In this document: positions 1-6,690 of the stretch, one piece after another
Position numbering within the stretch: position 1 is the stretch's first letter
How the letters are laid out: each line of letters begins with the position of its first letter
IMG/VR virus record: IMGVR_UViG_3300032216_001421
Span: 1-51,263 of that record
Source: a virus
Taxonomy: Duplodnaviria > Caudoviricetes
Reading direction: 5' to 3' (one strand)
Length of the DNA stretch: 51,263 nt
Program-made: the position numbers and the translations under genes
Notes under the pieces: model-generated
What the model was told of the DNA's origin: nothing
Database searches by the model: none
Seen by the model: only the letters and a program-made list of their open reading frames with translations

Positions 1-1
1 G

Positions 2-538
2 CACACTTCACATGATGGCTCAACATCGCTACAGGCAAATATCACACCTGTTCGCGTAGTCTGCCAAAATACATTGAACATGGCTCTCAAGGATACTGTT
101 CAATCATTCAAGGTTAAGCACACACAGACCATTTCAGGACGCATGGAAGAGGCGCGTCGCGTACTAGGCTTAACATTCGACCACATGTCACATTTCGAAG
201 AGTTAGCTAAGAATCTATTTGAAACGGAAATTACCAATGCACAGTTCGATAAACTCGTCGCTAATCTCTACCCAGCGAAAGATGACGCAGAGAAAATGGC
301 AAATACCAAATACCAGCAGAAAATCGACATCATTCAAAATCTCTATCGTGTCGCTCCAACTCAAGACGGAATTCGTGGCACAAAATGGGGCGCTCTCAAT
401 GCACTTACAGAGCGTGTCGATTACTACCGCACAGCGCGGACAGGAAACGATGAAAGTCTCATGGCAAATGCCAGCGGTCTCTCAACCTCAACCAATGCAG
501 AGAAGGCTCGAATCCTCTCCGCGGTGATGGCTCTCTAA
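2..538 (+). CDS. DUF932 family (phage/plasmid-like, TIGR03299-type) protein, 5'-truncated by window edge
   Basis: Frame open from base 2: HTSHDGS...ITPVRVVCQNTLNMAL and later GTKWGALNALTE, typical DUF932 motifs. Confidence 0.85.
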   Translation, partial: HTSHDGSTSLQANITPVRVVCQNTLNMALKDTVQSFKVKHTQTISGRMEEARRVLGLTFDHMSHFEELAKNLFETEITNAQFDKLVANLYPAKDDAEKMANTKYQQKIDIIQNLYRVAPTQDGIRGTKWGALNALTERVDYYRTARTGNDESLMANASGLSTSTNAEKARILSAVMAL

Positions 539-545
539 TAAGATA

Positions 546-582
546 AGGGAAGGCGCTCTCGAAAGGGGGCGCCTTTCTCTTT
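546..582 (+). terminator. Rho-independent terminator
   Basis: GGGAAGGCGCTCTC-GAAA-GGGGGCGCCTTTCT stem-loop plus T-rich tail just after the DUF932 stop. Confidence 0.8.
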
Positions 583-615
583 GCCCTTAAATGTCCGATT
601 TGCCCGAAACGCGAG

Positions 616-700
616 AATGTTTGTGTTGGTGGCTTATATGTGTGGTGTGTGCGTGCGTTAAAGCTTTAGTACATGCATCAGCATGTCCAACACAAACATT
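616..700. repeat. Inverted-repeat element, copy 1
   Basis: 14-bp perfect arms AATGTTTGTGTTGG (616-629) / CCAACACAAACATT (687-700); internal TAAAGCTT at 659-666. Confidence 0.85.
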
Positions 701-710
701 TGGCGCGCCC

Positions 711-730
711 TGTGGATAACTTTATCCACA
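711..730. promoter_or_regulatory. Back-to-back pair of consensus DnaA boxes (pair 1)
   Basis: TGTGGATAA-CT-TTATCCACA. Confidence 0.85.
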
Positions 731-743
731 TATTTCTGCTGGC

Positions 744-772
744 TTGATTGGGTAAATAGGGGAGAGTATCGT
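744..772 (+). promoter_or_regulatory. Sigma70/SigA-type promoter
   Basis: TTGATT-N17-TATCGT upstream of gene at 814. Confidence 0.6.
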
Positions 773-813
773 TCTCTATGTAAGGGCAATTAACTACAAC
801 AGAGAGAGAACAG

Positions 814-1050
814 ATGAACAAGTACTATGTGAAGATGAGCGTTCATTTTAACGCAGAAATCGAAGCAGAATCAAGAGAAGCAGCAGAAGAAATGGCGTAC
901 TCAGGTTGGGGCGAGAATTCAGACGCTCTTATTACTTATGACGGCGTGGACTACATCAAGGTCGAAGACATGGGCGCAATCTGCGAGGAGTGCGGTGAGG
1001 TCGAAGACAGTTGCGAGTGCGAGCAGGAAGACGAGGAAGAATCAGAATGA
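814..1050 (+). CDS. Small acidic hypothetical protein with C-terminal Cys cluster
   Basis: ORF with purine-rich RBS; EAESREAAEE motif; CEECGE..C.C. Confidence 0.75.
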   Translation: MNKYYVKMSVHFNAEIEAESREAAEEMAYSGWGENSDALITYDGVDYIKVEDMGAICEECGEVEDSCECEQEDEEESE

Positions 1051-1235
1051 CACGCAAGGACTTCTTTATCATTGCACGAGTATTGAAGGCTTACTCTGCC
1101 GAAGGTGGGGTAACTGTAGAACGCGATGAAATCGCATACAAATTAGCCGATGATTTGGCTATTGCTTATCCACGCTTTGACCGCCGTAAGTTCTTGGTGG
1201 CTTGCGGTGTCTATGAAAAGGCGGTGAGCGCATGA
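1047..1235 (+). CDS. Hypothetical protein (MTRKDF...FDRRKFLVACG)
   Basis: ATGA overlap with the upstream stop; common small phage protein pattern. Confidence 0.75.
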   Translation: MTRKDFFIIARVLKAYSAEGGVTVERDEIAYKLADDLAIAYPRFDRRKFLVACGVYEKAVSA

Positions 1236-1384
1236 GCCTCGACCATACCTGTGACGATAAGAACTGCGTACTGTGTAACCCTTGCGCATATTGTGAGGGT
1301 GCTGGCGATTTATATTACCCACAAGCCCAACGCGTGGTCTGTATTGAGTGCGTCAAAGACGGGGAACTGGGGGAGAACGCATGA
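1232..1384 (+). CDS. Small Cys-rich protein, 50 aa (not in ORF track)
   Basis: MSLDHTCDDKNCVLCNPCAYCEGAGDLYYPQAQRVVCIECVKDGELGENA; ATGA overlaps at both ends. Confidence 0.7.
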   Translation: MSLDHTCDDKNCVLCNPCAYCEGAGDLYYPQAQRVVCIECVKDGELGENA

Positions 1385-1575
1385 CTACTAAGATGATTTG
1401 GGAAGGCGCAATCAGCGCAGAAATGGTCAATGGCTGGACAGACGAGGCAATCGAGGCTGTGCAGGTCGCGTTAGACGAGGCGTTAGATGAGGTTTTTTGC
1501 GCCCATGAACAGGCAGAGATTACTGCCAACCCACTAGTAAGACTAGTATTGGAAGGATACTTAAGTGACAACTAA
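1381..1575 (+). CDS. Hypothetical protein
   Basis: ATG at 1381 with GGGGAG RBS. Confidence 0.7.
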   Translation: MTTKMIWEGAISAEMVNGWTDEAIEAVQVALDEALDEVFCAHEQAEITANPLVRLVLEGYLSDN

Positions 1576-1726
1576 CATCTTAGAGAAGGCTGACGAACGC
1601 CTAGCGTATGCAGAGGACATTATCAAGAAGACCATTGTTTATCTAAGGAAGAATGGGCACATCAAAGAGTCCAATGAACTCCGTGAGGCGTGGGGTCACC
1701 TCAATCGAATAGATTGGCTGGACTAA
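1565..1726 (+). CDS. Hypothetical protein, 53 aa (not in ORF track)
   Basis: GTG start after GGAAGGA; MTTNILEKADERL...IDWLD; TAATG junction with next gene. Confidence 0.6.
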   Translation: MTTNILEKADERLAYAEDIIKKTIVYLRKNGHIKESNELREAWGHLNRIDWLD

Positions 1727-1887
1727 TGAGAGGCTACGGATACTATGTAGAGGGAGACATAATGATTTGCCCTCAATGCGCCGATAATCCTCTATATCAA
1801 GGGGTATTGACAAGCGCAGAAAGCGAAGGCTATCCTGACGGCTACACATGTATGGATTGTAATTCAACGATAAAGGGGCAAATATGA
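1726..1887 (+). CDS. Small zinc-finger-like protein
   Basis: CPQC...CMDC; TAATG coupled start. Confidence 0.7.
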   Translation: MRGYGYYVEGDIMICPQCADNPLYQGVLTSAESEGYPDGYTCMDCNSTIKGQI

Positions 1888-2120
1888 CAACCAAGTATGA
1901 GGTCTTAGAGACCACCGAATACCACAATGATGTAGAACAAACAACTATCTTAGTAGTGGAAGGGCAAAAATATAAGCATGTTGCCTACTACTCAGAGAAC
2001 TACTCAGGCTATGACTGGTTCAACGCAGAGGGCGTAAGGATTGACGAGCCTGACTGGGCTGAAGACCTAGATATGGACGATATTTGGCGCCATAATGAGT
2101 TTGCTAAGGAGCAAAAATGA
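1884..2120 (+). CDS. Acidic hypothetical protein, paralog family 'DW...PDWA'
   Basis: ATGA overlap; similarity to 4666-4890 and 4892-5161. Confidence 0.75.
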   Translation: MTTKYEVLETTEYHNDVEQTTILVVEGQKYKHVAYYSENYSGYDWFNAEGVRIDEPDWAEDLDMDDIWRHNEFAKEQK

Positions 2121-2428
2121 GCCTAGAGTGTAATCACACATCAAGCGTATTCATCTCTAATACTAAGCCTCATATGCATTATTGGGTCAAGGACGATAAT
2201 GACCGCACATGGAGAATCCTTCTTATGGGTGAGTATGAGAAGTATGAGGACGGCACGGCAATCGTTGCTGACCTATATGCAGCCGAGTATGAATCAAAGA
2301 AAAAAATCTATCAAGAAGAGCAAGTTCCTGTTGAAATTCGCGCCTTTGCAGAATCTCTTCTCGATGATGGAGATACTTATATAGATATACTCAAGGAGTA
2401 TGAGGAAGCTGGACAGCACCTACTATAG
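2117..2428 (+). CDS. Hypothetical protein
   Basis: AAGGAG RBS, ATGA overlap. Confidence 0.75.
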   Translation: MSLECNHTSSVFISNTKPHMHYWVKDDNDRTWRILLMGEYEKYEDGTAIVADLYAAEYESKKKIYQEEQVPVEIRAFAESLLDDGDTYIDILKEYEEAGQHLL

Positions 2429-2430
2429 AT

Positions 2431-2500
2431 TTCTCCCACCTTCCCTTTCTGTGGTGGTCGAGAATACGGAGAGGGGTTGGGTTGCCCCCCGCCCCTCTCT
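2431..2500 (+). other. Two tandem stem-loops (terminator or small RNA)
   Basis: TTCTC-CCACC/GGTGG-TC-GAGAA with TTCCCTTTCT loop; GGAGAGGGG.../CCCCTCTCT. Confidence 0.45.
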
Positions 2501-2535
2501 ACTTATATAAATTGTGGCGCCCCTCACATCAAAAA

Positions 2536-2624
2536 GTTTGTGTTGGCACTGGTTGCTGTAGTCTGTAATGTGCTGATTGTGCGATATAAAGCTTAAAGAT
2601 ATACATCAAGTGTCCAACACAAAC
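2536..2624. repeat. Inverted-repeat element, copy 2
   Basis: 11-bp perfect arms GTTTGTGTTGG (2536-2546) / CCAACACAAAC (2614-2624); internal TAAAGCTT at 2587-2594. Confidence 0.85.
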
Positions 2625-2653
2625 CTTTGCCCATTGTCAAGTCCTGTACACAA

Positions 2654-2673
2654 TGTGGATAAAGTTATCCACA
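2654..2673. promoter_or_regulatory. Back-to-back DnaA box pair 2 (inverted relative to pairs 1 and 3)
   Basis: TGTGGATAA-AG-TTATCCACA, the exact reverse complement of pairs 1/3; TTGACA on - strand at 2640-2635. Confidence 0.85.
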
Positions 2674-2950
2674 GGTTACAAAACGCCAAAAATAAGCTAA
2701 AGAGAGAGTGCGAGCGCGCAAATGTCGATAAATCGCTATATCGAGAGAGAGATAAAGAGATTTAGGCTACTGCGCACGGTCTGTAATAGGCTGAGTAGGG
2801 ATACCACCAGATTGCTGAGTGTTTGCTGGGAGAGTTATCGCATATGAGAGTTCTGTGCTTATCTAAGGAGAAGAGTCTTCCCTCTCTCTCTATCTATATG
2901 AAGAGATAAGTAAAGAGACGCGCTAGGGCGCGAAATTTCATATAGGGGGC

Positions 2951-2970
2951 TGTGGATAACTTTATCCACA
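2951..2970. promoter_or_regulatory. Back-to-back DnaA box pair 3
   Basis: TGTGGATAA-CT-TTATCCACA, identical to pair 1. Confidence 0.85.
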
Positions 2971-2983
2971 TGTTGCGGGGGTA

Positions 2984-3013
2984 TTGCCCTGTCTATTACC
3001 GCTCGCCTAGACT
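2984..3013 (+). promoter_or_regulatory. Sigma70/SigA-type promoter
   Basis: TTGCCC-N18-TAGACT upstream of the ArdA-like gene. Confidence 0.55.
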
Positions 3014-3098
3014 CATACCTGTTGGTCTCCAATGATACAGAGGTAAGGTTGCCGTAGTCGGTAGCACCAACACCACACACTAGAGCAAGGGGCAAGAA

Positions 3099-3458
3099 AT
3101 GTCACATATGAAAAACGCACTCATAGATGTAGTTGAGGGCTGGTCTCGTGATATTCGGAACGAGTTAGGCGACCGAGACGAAGCTTTCTATATCTATCTT
3201 AATAACATGCACCAACCCGTAGATGATTTATGGCGCAATTTTATCGAGGAGTTTGAGGACTCATACGCGGGTCAATTCGATACCCGCGCCGATTTCGTTG
3301 ATTCAATCCTTGAAGATGTATTAGGTGTTTCAGAGGCTAATTCCGTTAGAGATAACGAGATTCGGTTCTTGATTACCTACTTTGATAGGGAGAAGTACGG
3401 GCGCGATTTAATGCATGATTATTGGGAAACCGACGGACATTACTTTAGGAGTTACTAA
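3099..3458 (+). CDS. ardA: ArdA-like antirestriction (DNA-mimic) protein, short form
   Basis: Very acidic; FEDSYAGQFDTRADF...YFDREKYGRDL..DYWETDGHYFR resembles the ArdA C-terminal region. Confidence 0.75.
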   Translation: MSHMKNALIDVVEGWSRDIRNELGDRDEAFYIYLNNMHQPVDDLWRNFIEEFEDSYAGQFDTRADFVDSILEDVLGVSEANSVRDNEIRFLITYFDREKYGRDLMHDYWETDGHYFRSY

Positions 3459-3459
3459 G

Positions 3460-3585
3460 ATGAATAGTAAATGCTGTAACTATGAGCAGAGCGAAGCGGT
3501 CTGCGTAGCGCACAAAAATAAGCCTTGTATAGGAGTTACCTGTAACTTCTGCGGGGCAACCACATGGACAAAGGAAGGTTACTAA
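3460..3585 (+). CDS. Small Cys-rich protein, 41 aa (not in ORF track)
   Basis: AGGAG RBS; MNSKCCNY...CVAHKNKPC...CNFCG. Confidence 0.6.
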   Translation: MNSKCCNYEQSEAVCVAHKNKPCIGVTCNFCGATTWTKEGY

Positions 3586-3586
3586 G

Positions 3587-3724
3587 ATGAGTACATACAC
3601 AATTATCTGCCCTAACTGCGACTCGCAGTTAAGCTTAACAATGACCCGCAACTCTACCTCATGCGAAATCTGCGCTTGTGGATTCCCTGAGAACGCTGGT
3701 ATCAAAGAGTGGAGCGTCGCATGA
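3587..3724 (+). CDS. Small zinc-ribbon protein, 45 aa (not in ORF track)
   Basis: AAGGAAGG RBS; CPNC...CEICAC. Confidence 0.65.
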   Translation: MSTYTIICPNCDSQLSLTMTRNSTSCEICACGFPENAGIKEWSVA

Positions 3725-3906
3725 GTATTGAAGCCACAAAAGCGGGCAACCCATATAAGTATCCATACACCATCAGCGAATTGGTTAATGAGATATACGA
3801 AGATAATTACAGCCATTTCGAGTTCGAGGAAAATATGGGCGGAGAGCCCTGTGACTGTCACCTACATATCACAATGGAAACTATCGTCAAGTATTGGGGT
3901 GAGTAA
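3721..3906 (+). CDS. Hypothetical protein
   Basis: GGAG RBS, ATGA overlap; CDCHLH motif. Confidence 0.7.
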   Translation: MSIEATKAGNPYKYPYTISELVNEIYEDNYSHFEFEENMGGEPCDCHLHITMETIVKYWGE

Positions 3907-4103
3907 TGAGCGACAAAGTTTACTATTGGAGTGAGTTAGCTGAATTGACTCATGAGGCACAGGTCATGGAGTTTGGTTGGTGTTCATGTGAGGACAATGA
4001 GGGGCGCGAAAATCCATATACAGACTGCCCCACAGACCTATCAGAGAACGACAAAAACATATTGCAACAACTACTAGGACTATTACAGAAGAGAGGCAAA
4101 TAA
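3906..4103 (+). CDS. Hypothetical protein
   Basis: TAATG junction; WCSCED...PYTDCP. Confidence 0.7.
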   Translation: MSDKVYYWSELAELTHEAQVMEFGWCSCEDNEGRENPYTDCPTDLSENDKNILQQLLGLLQKRGK

Positions 4104-4529
4104 ATGGGATATACACACTACTACCAACAGCATGAGCCAATCAGTACAGAGAGTTGGACTCAGCTCAGTAAAAACATTACTCAGCTAATCGAACAGGCTT
4201 GGGATACAGCCCTAGATGTAGAGATGACTAGCGAATATATCAGCATTAACGGTGTAGGAGAGCAAGCGCACGAAGACTTCTCTATCTATCGTAACGATAC
4301 TCGGTGGGAGTTCTGCAAGACCGCTCGCAAAGATTACGACAAGGTAGTGACGGCTGTACTTATCCTATTACGTTACACCTACCTTTCCTTCTCACTATCT
4401 TCTGACGGTAATTGGGAAGAGTGGATTGAAGGGCGCGAATTATTTAAGAGCGTCTTCTATCTTGAGCCAAGTGAAGAGAGTGTCTTTGGCAACGCTAATC
4501 ATCTCTACCCTGTGAGGTCTCTATCATGA
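4104..4529 (+). CDS. Conserved phage hypothetical protein
   Basis: MGYTHY...FCKTARKDYD...SSDG motif pattern recurrent in phage proteins. Confidence 0.75.
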   Translation: MGYTHYYQQHEPISTESWTQLSKNITQLIEQAWDTALDVEMTSEYISINGVGEQAHEDFSIYRNDTRWEFCKTARKDYDKVVTAVLILLRYTYLSFSLSSDGNWEEWIEGRELFKSVFYLEPSEESVFGNANHLYPVRSLS

Positions 4530-4666
4530 GCCGAACAAAGAGAGATGTAAAGCTTGTAGATATTGAGAGTGGCGAGGTCATGGCTCAGTTCTTTGGCACA
4601 GAGGCAAGCGCAAAGCGCATGATTAAAGAGTACAAGATTTACGGATACTATTTGGAGGCAAAATAA
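4526..4666 (+). CDS. Hypothetical protein, 46 aa (not in ORF track)
   Basis: GAGG RBS, ATGA and TAATG overlaps. Confidence 0.65.
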   Translation: MSRTKRDVKLVDIESGEVMAQFFGTEASAKRMIKEYKIYGYYLEAK

Positions 4667-4890
4667 TGGTTACAGTATTAAGTGCGACAGAAGAAGATAC
4701 AGAGACTACCTACCGCATGATTTTGGAACATGGAGGCGAGGAGTTCACATGGGTTGCTGTATCAAGTAGCAAGAACTCATATACAGATTGGTATGACAAA
4801 GATTGGAAACTCATTGACCAACCTGATTGGGCTGATGAATTAGACATGTGGGAGATTTACAACAACAACGAAGGCAAAGGGGAAAGGTAA
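4666..4890 (+). CDS. Acidic hypothetical protein, paralog family 'DW...PDWA'
   Basis: GGAGG RBS; YTDWYD...IDQPDWADELD. Confidence 0.75.
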   Translation: MVTVLSATEEDTETTYRMILEHGGEEFTWVAVSSSKNSYTDWYDKDWKLIDQPDWADELDMWEIYNNNEGKGER

Positions 4891-4891
4891 G

Positions 4892-5161
4892 ATGAGTATA
4901 GAGATTAAAGGCGTTACTAAAGATGAGACCGCTTACGATAAATGGGTTCACTTTACATACGAAGGAGAGCAGTACCACGCCCTACTTCATTGGGATACAT
5001 ACGATGGGTATGACCTGACCTTTACGGACGCTGTACGCACAGCTAATTACATAAAGACTCCCAACTGGGCTGTTGAGTGGGAAGACCACGAACAGCACGA
5101 AGAGAGCCTTGAGTATGTTCTTGATTGCCTAACCGACGAAGTAATAGCAGGGACTTATTAA
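4892..5161 (+). CDS. Acidic hypothetical protein, more distant 'PNWA' paralog
   Basis: YDGYDL...IKTPNWAVEWE. Confidence 0.75.
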   Translation: MSIEIKGVTKDETAYDKWVHFTYEGEQYHALLHWDTYDGYDLTFTDAVRTANYIKTPNWAVEWEDHEQHEESLEYVLDCLTDEVIAGTY

Positions 5162-5162
5162 G

Positions 5163-5561
5163 ATGAGTAATGACCCGTGTTTAGATTGTGGTAAGCCCAC
5201 ACTAGGAATAATGACTATGGCTGATGGTTCTACCGTTGGTATCGGTATCAACCGTCTTAGCTATGATGACAGTTGGCTATGCGGTGAGTGCGCTGGCTAT
5301 GAGTGCGACGCATGCGGAAAGAATATCTACTTAGATGAAGATATAACTGTAATGCTTGAAGAAGATGACGGTGATTACCCTGCTGGTCATAACTATAAAT
5401 ACCATGAAGAGTGCCTCACTCCTGAACTAAGACAATTAGCTATCAAACAAGGAGAACTCGCAGACCTATGCGAGATATGTGAGAGCAACGAGAAAGAGAA
5501 CCTTGAGGGCAAGTGGTGTACCTCATGCAAAGATGATTACAAGGAGAGCGATAATGAATAA
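5163..5561 (+). CDS. Multi-CxxC zinc-finger protein
   Basis: Five CxxC pairs plus HEEC. Confidence 0.75.
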   Translation: MSNDPCLDCGKPTLGIMTMADGSTVGIGINRLSYDDSWLCGECAGYECDACGKNIYLDEDITVMLEEDDGDYPAGHNYKYHEECLTPELRQLAIKQGELADLCEICESNEKENLEGKWCTSCKDDYKESDNE

Positions 5562-5760
5562 GCTTTACCACTACATCATTACATACAACTCAGACACGCG
5601 AATCTTTGAGATTGACTGGTCTCAAACCAACGATATTTATGACACAGGTAATCGTTACAACAACACGACAGACGAGTGGGAAATACCCGAAGAGTTAGAT
5701 GAAAAATATATTGTGCAAGAACTCAACAACAAGATTAGTAAAGGAAAAGTAAATGCCTAA
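5554..5760 (+). CDS. Hypothetical protein
   Basis: AAGGAG RBS before ATG 5554 (MNKLYHY...). Confidence 0.7.
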   Translation: MNKLYHYIITYNSDTRIFEIDWSQTNDIYDTGNRYNNTTDEWEIPEELDEKYIVQELNNKISKGKVNA

Positions 5761-5923
5761 ATATAAAGTAACTATTAACCTTAACTCACTTAGCTATGAA
5801 GTTGAGACTGAGTATGAATATGACGCTGTTAAGTTAGCTGAACAGATGGCGTTAGATGAACCCCAACACTATTTACTTAAATCAGCAGACTATGATGTGG
5901 AGGATATTACTGATGGAAACTAA
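5753..5923 (+). CDS. Hypothetical protein, 56 aa (not in ORF track)
   Basis: AAGGA RBS; MPKYKVTI...EVETEYEYDAVKLAEQMA resembles 814-1050. Confidence 0.7.
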   Translation: MPKYKVTINLNSLSYEVETEYEYDAVKLAEQMALDEPQHYLLKSADYDVEDITDGN

Positions 5924-6125
5924 ATTACCTGAGAGAGTCAATGCCATGAAGTGTGTTAGCTATGATGTTGAGTCAATCGTTGATGCCATGATGACTATGG
6001 AGTATAGAGAGAAGCAAGAAGACATCACTCTTGAAGATGTACTAGAGTGGATTGGTGATGATGTAGAGGCGGATATTAACTTCTCTAATGTTATCTACCA
6101 AGATGAAAATGGAGGAGAGTTGTAA
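5913..6125 (+). CDS. Acidic hypothetical protein
   Basis: GGAGGA RBS before ATG 5913. Confidence 0.7.
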   Translation: METKLPERVNAMKCVSYDVESIVDAMMTMEYREKQEDITLEDVLEWIGDDVEADINFSNVIYQDENGGEL

Positions 6126-6271
6126 TGGCATACAACACTTGCGCAAGCTGTAGTAAAGACCGCAACGAAGATGATTTAGTATGGGTGGATTTAGAAGGCA
6201 AGGCGACTATGAGTGGGCGACCTTACTGTGTAGGTTGCGCCCCTGAAGAAGACTACGAAGGAGATATGTAA
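6125..6271 (+). CDS. Small CxxC protein, 48 aa (not in ORF track)
   Basis: GGAGGAG RBS; CASC...CVGC; TAATG junctions. Confidence 0.7.
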   Translation: MAYNTCASCSKDRNEDDLVWVDLEGKATMSGRPYCVGCAPEEDYEGDM

Positions 6272-6690
6272 TGGGTAACTTGGGAGAAGAGTTGGCAGAC
6301 CGTAACGAACATGCTGGCTGGACGTGTGAGAGTTGTGGTTCAAGCTGGATTAGATACGAACACTTAGATACTAAAGACTGTGATGAGAGTTGCCAAGACC
6401 CGTGTACCATGCGTTGCTGTAATGAAGAGAACTGCGCAGGAATTGCAATCAACACAAACACTCGCGCTATCGGTGTCACAGCCCTAGTTCGTTGGAAGGA
6501 CATGCCCGAAGGATTCCCTGAGTACATATCTTTAGGTGAGTACTTAGAGGACGAAGAAAAAGATACGTTTGGTATAGATGACCTGACTATCTTCTATTAT
6601 GCAGAAGGTATGGAAGAAATAGAGAAACTACAAACAGATAGCAGTAACGACTGGATTATCGAGGAAATTAGGGAGATTCATTATGCGTAA
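6271..6690 (+). CDS. Cys-rich/acidic hypothetical protein
   Basis: AAGGAG RBS; N-terminal Cys cluster, acidic C-terminus. Confidence 0.75.
   Translation: MGNLGEELADRNEHAGWTCESCGSSWIRYEHLDTKDCDESCQDPCTMRCCNEENCAGIAINTNTRAIGVTALVRWKDMPEGFPEYISLGEYLEDEEKDTFGIDDLTIFYYAEGMEEIEKLQTDSSNDWIIEEIREIHYA

Noticed and set aside
616-2624. Inverted-repeat elements as CRISPR repeats or integron attC sites
   Set aside because: Only two copies 1.9 kb apart, no repeat-spacer periodicity, and no RYYYAAC/GTTRRRY ends.
2577-3095. ORF-track calls 2577-2765 (+) and 2859-3095 (-)
   Set aside because: No RBS; they run through DnaA boxes (the VDKVIH translation) and low-complexity DNA.
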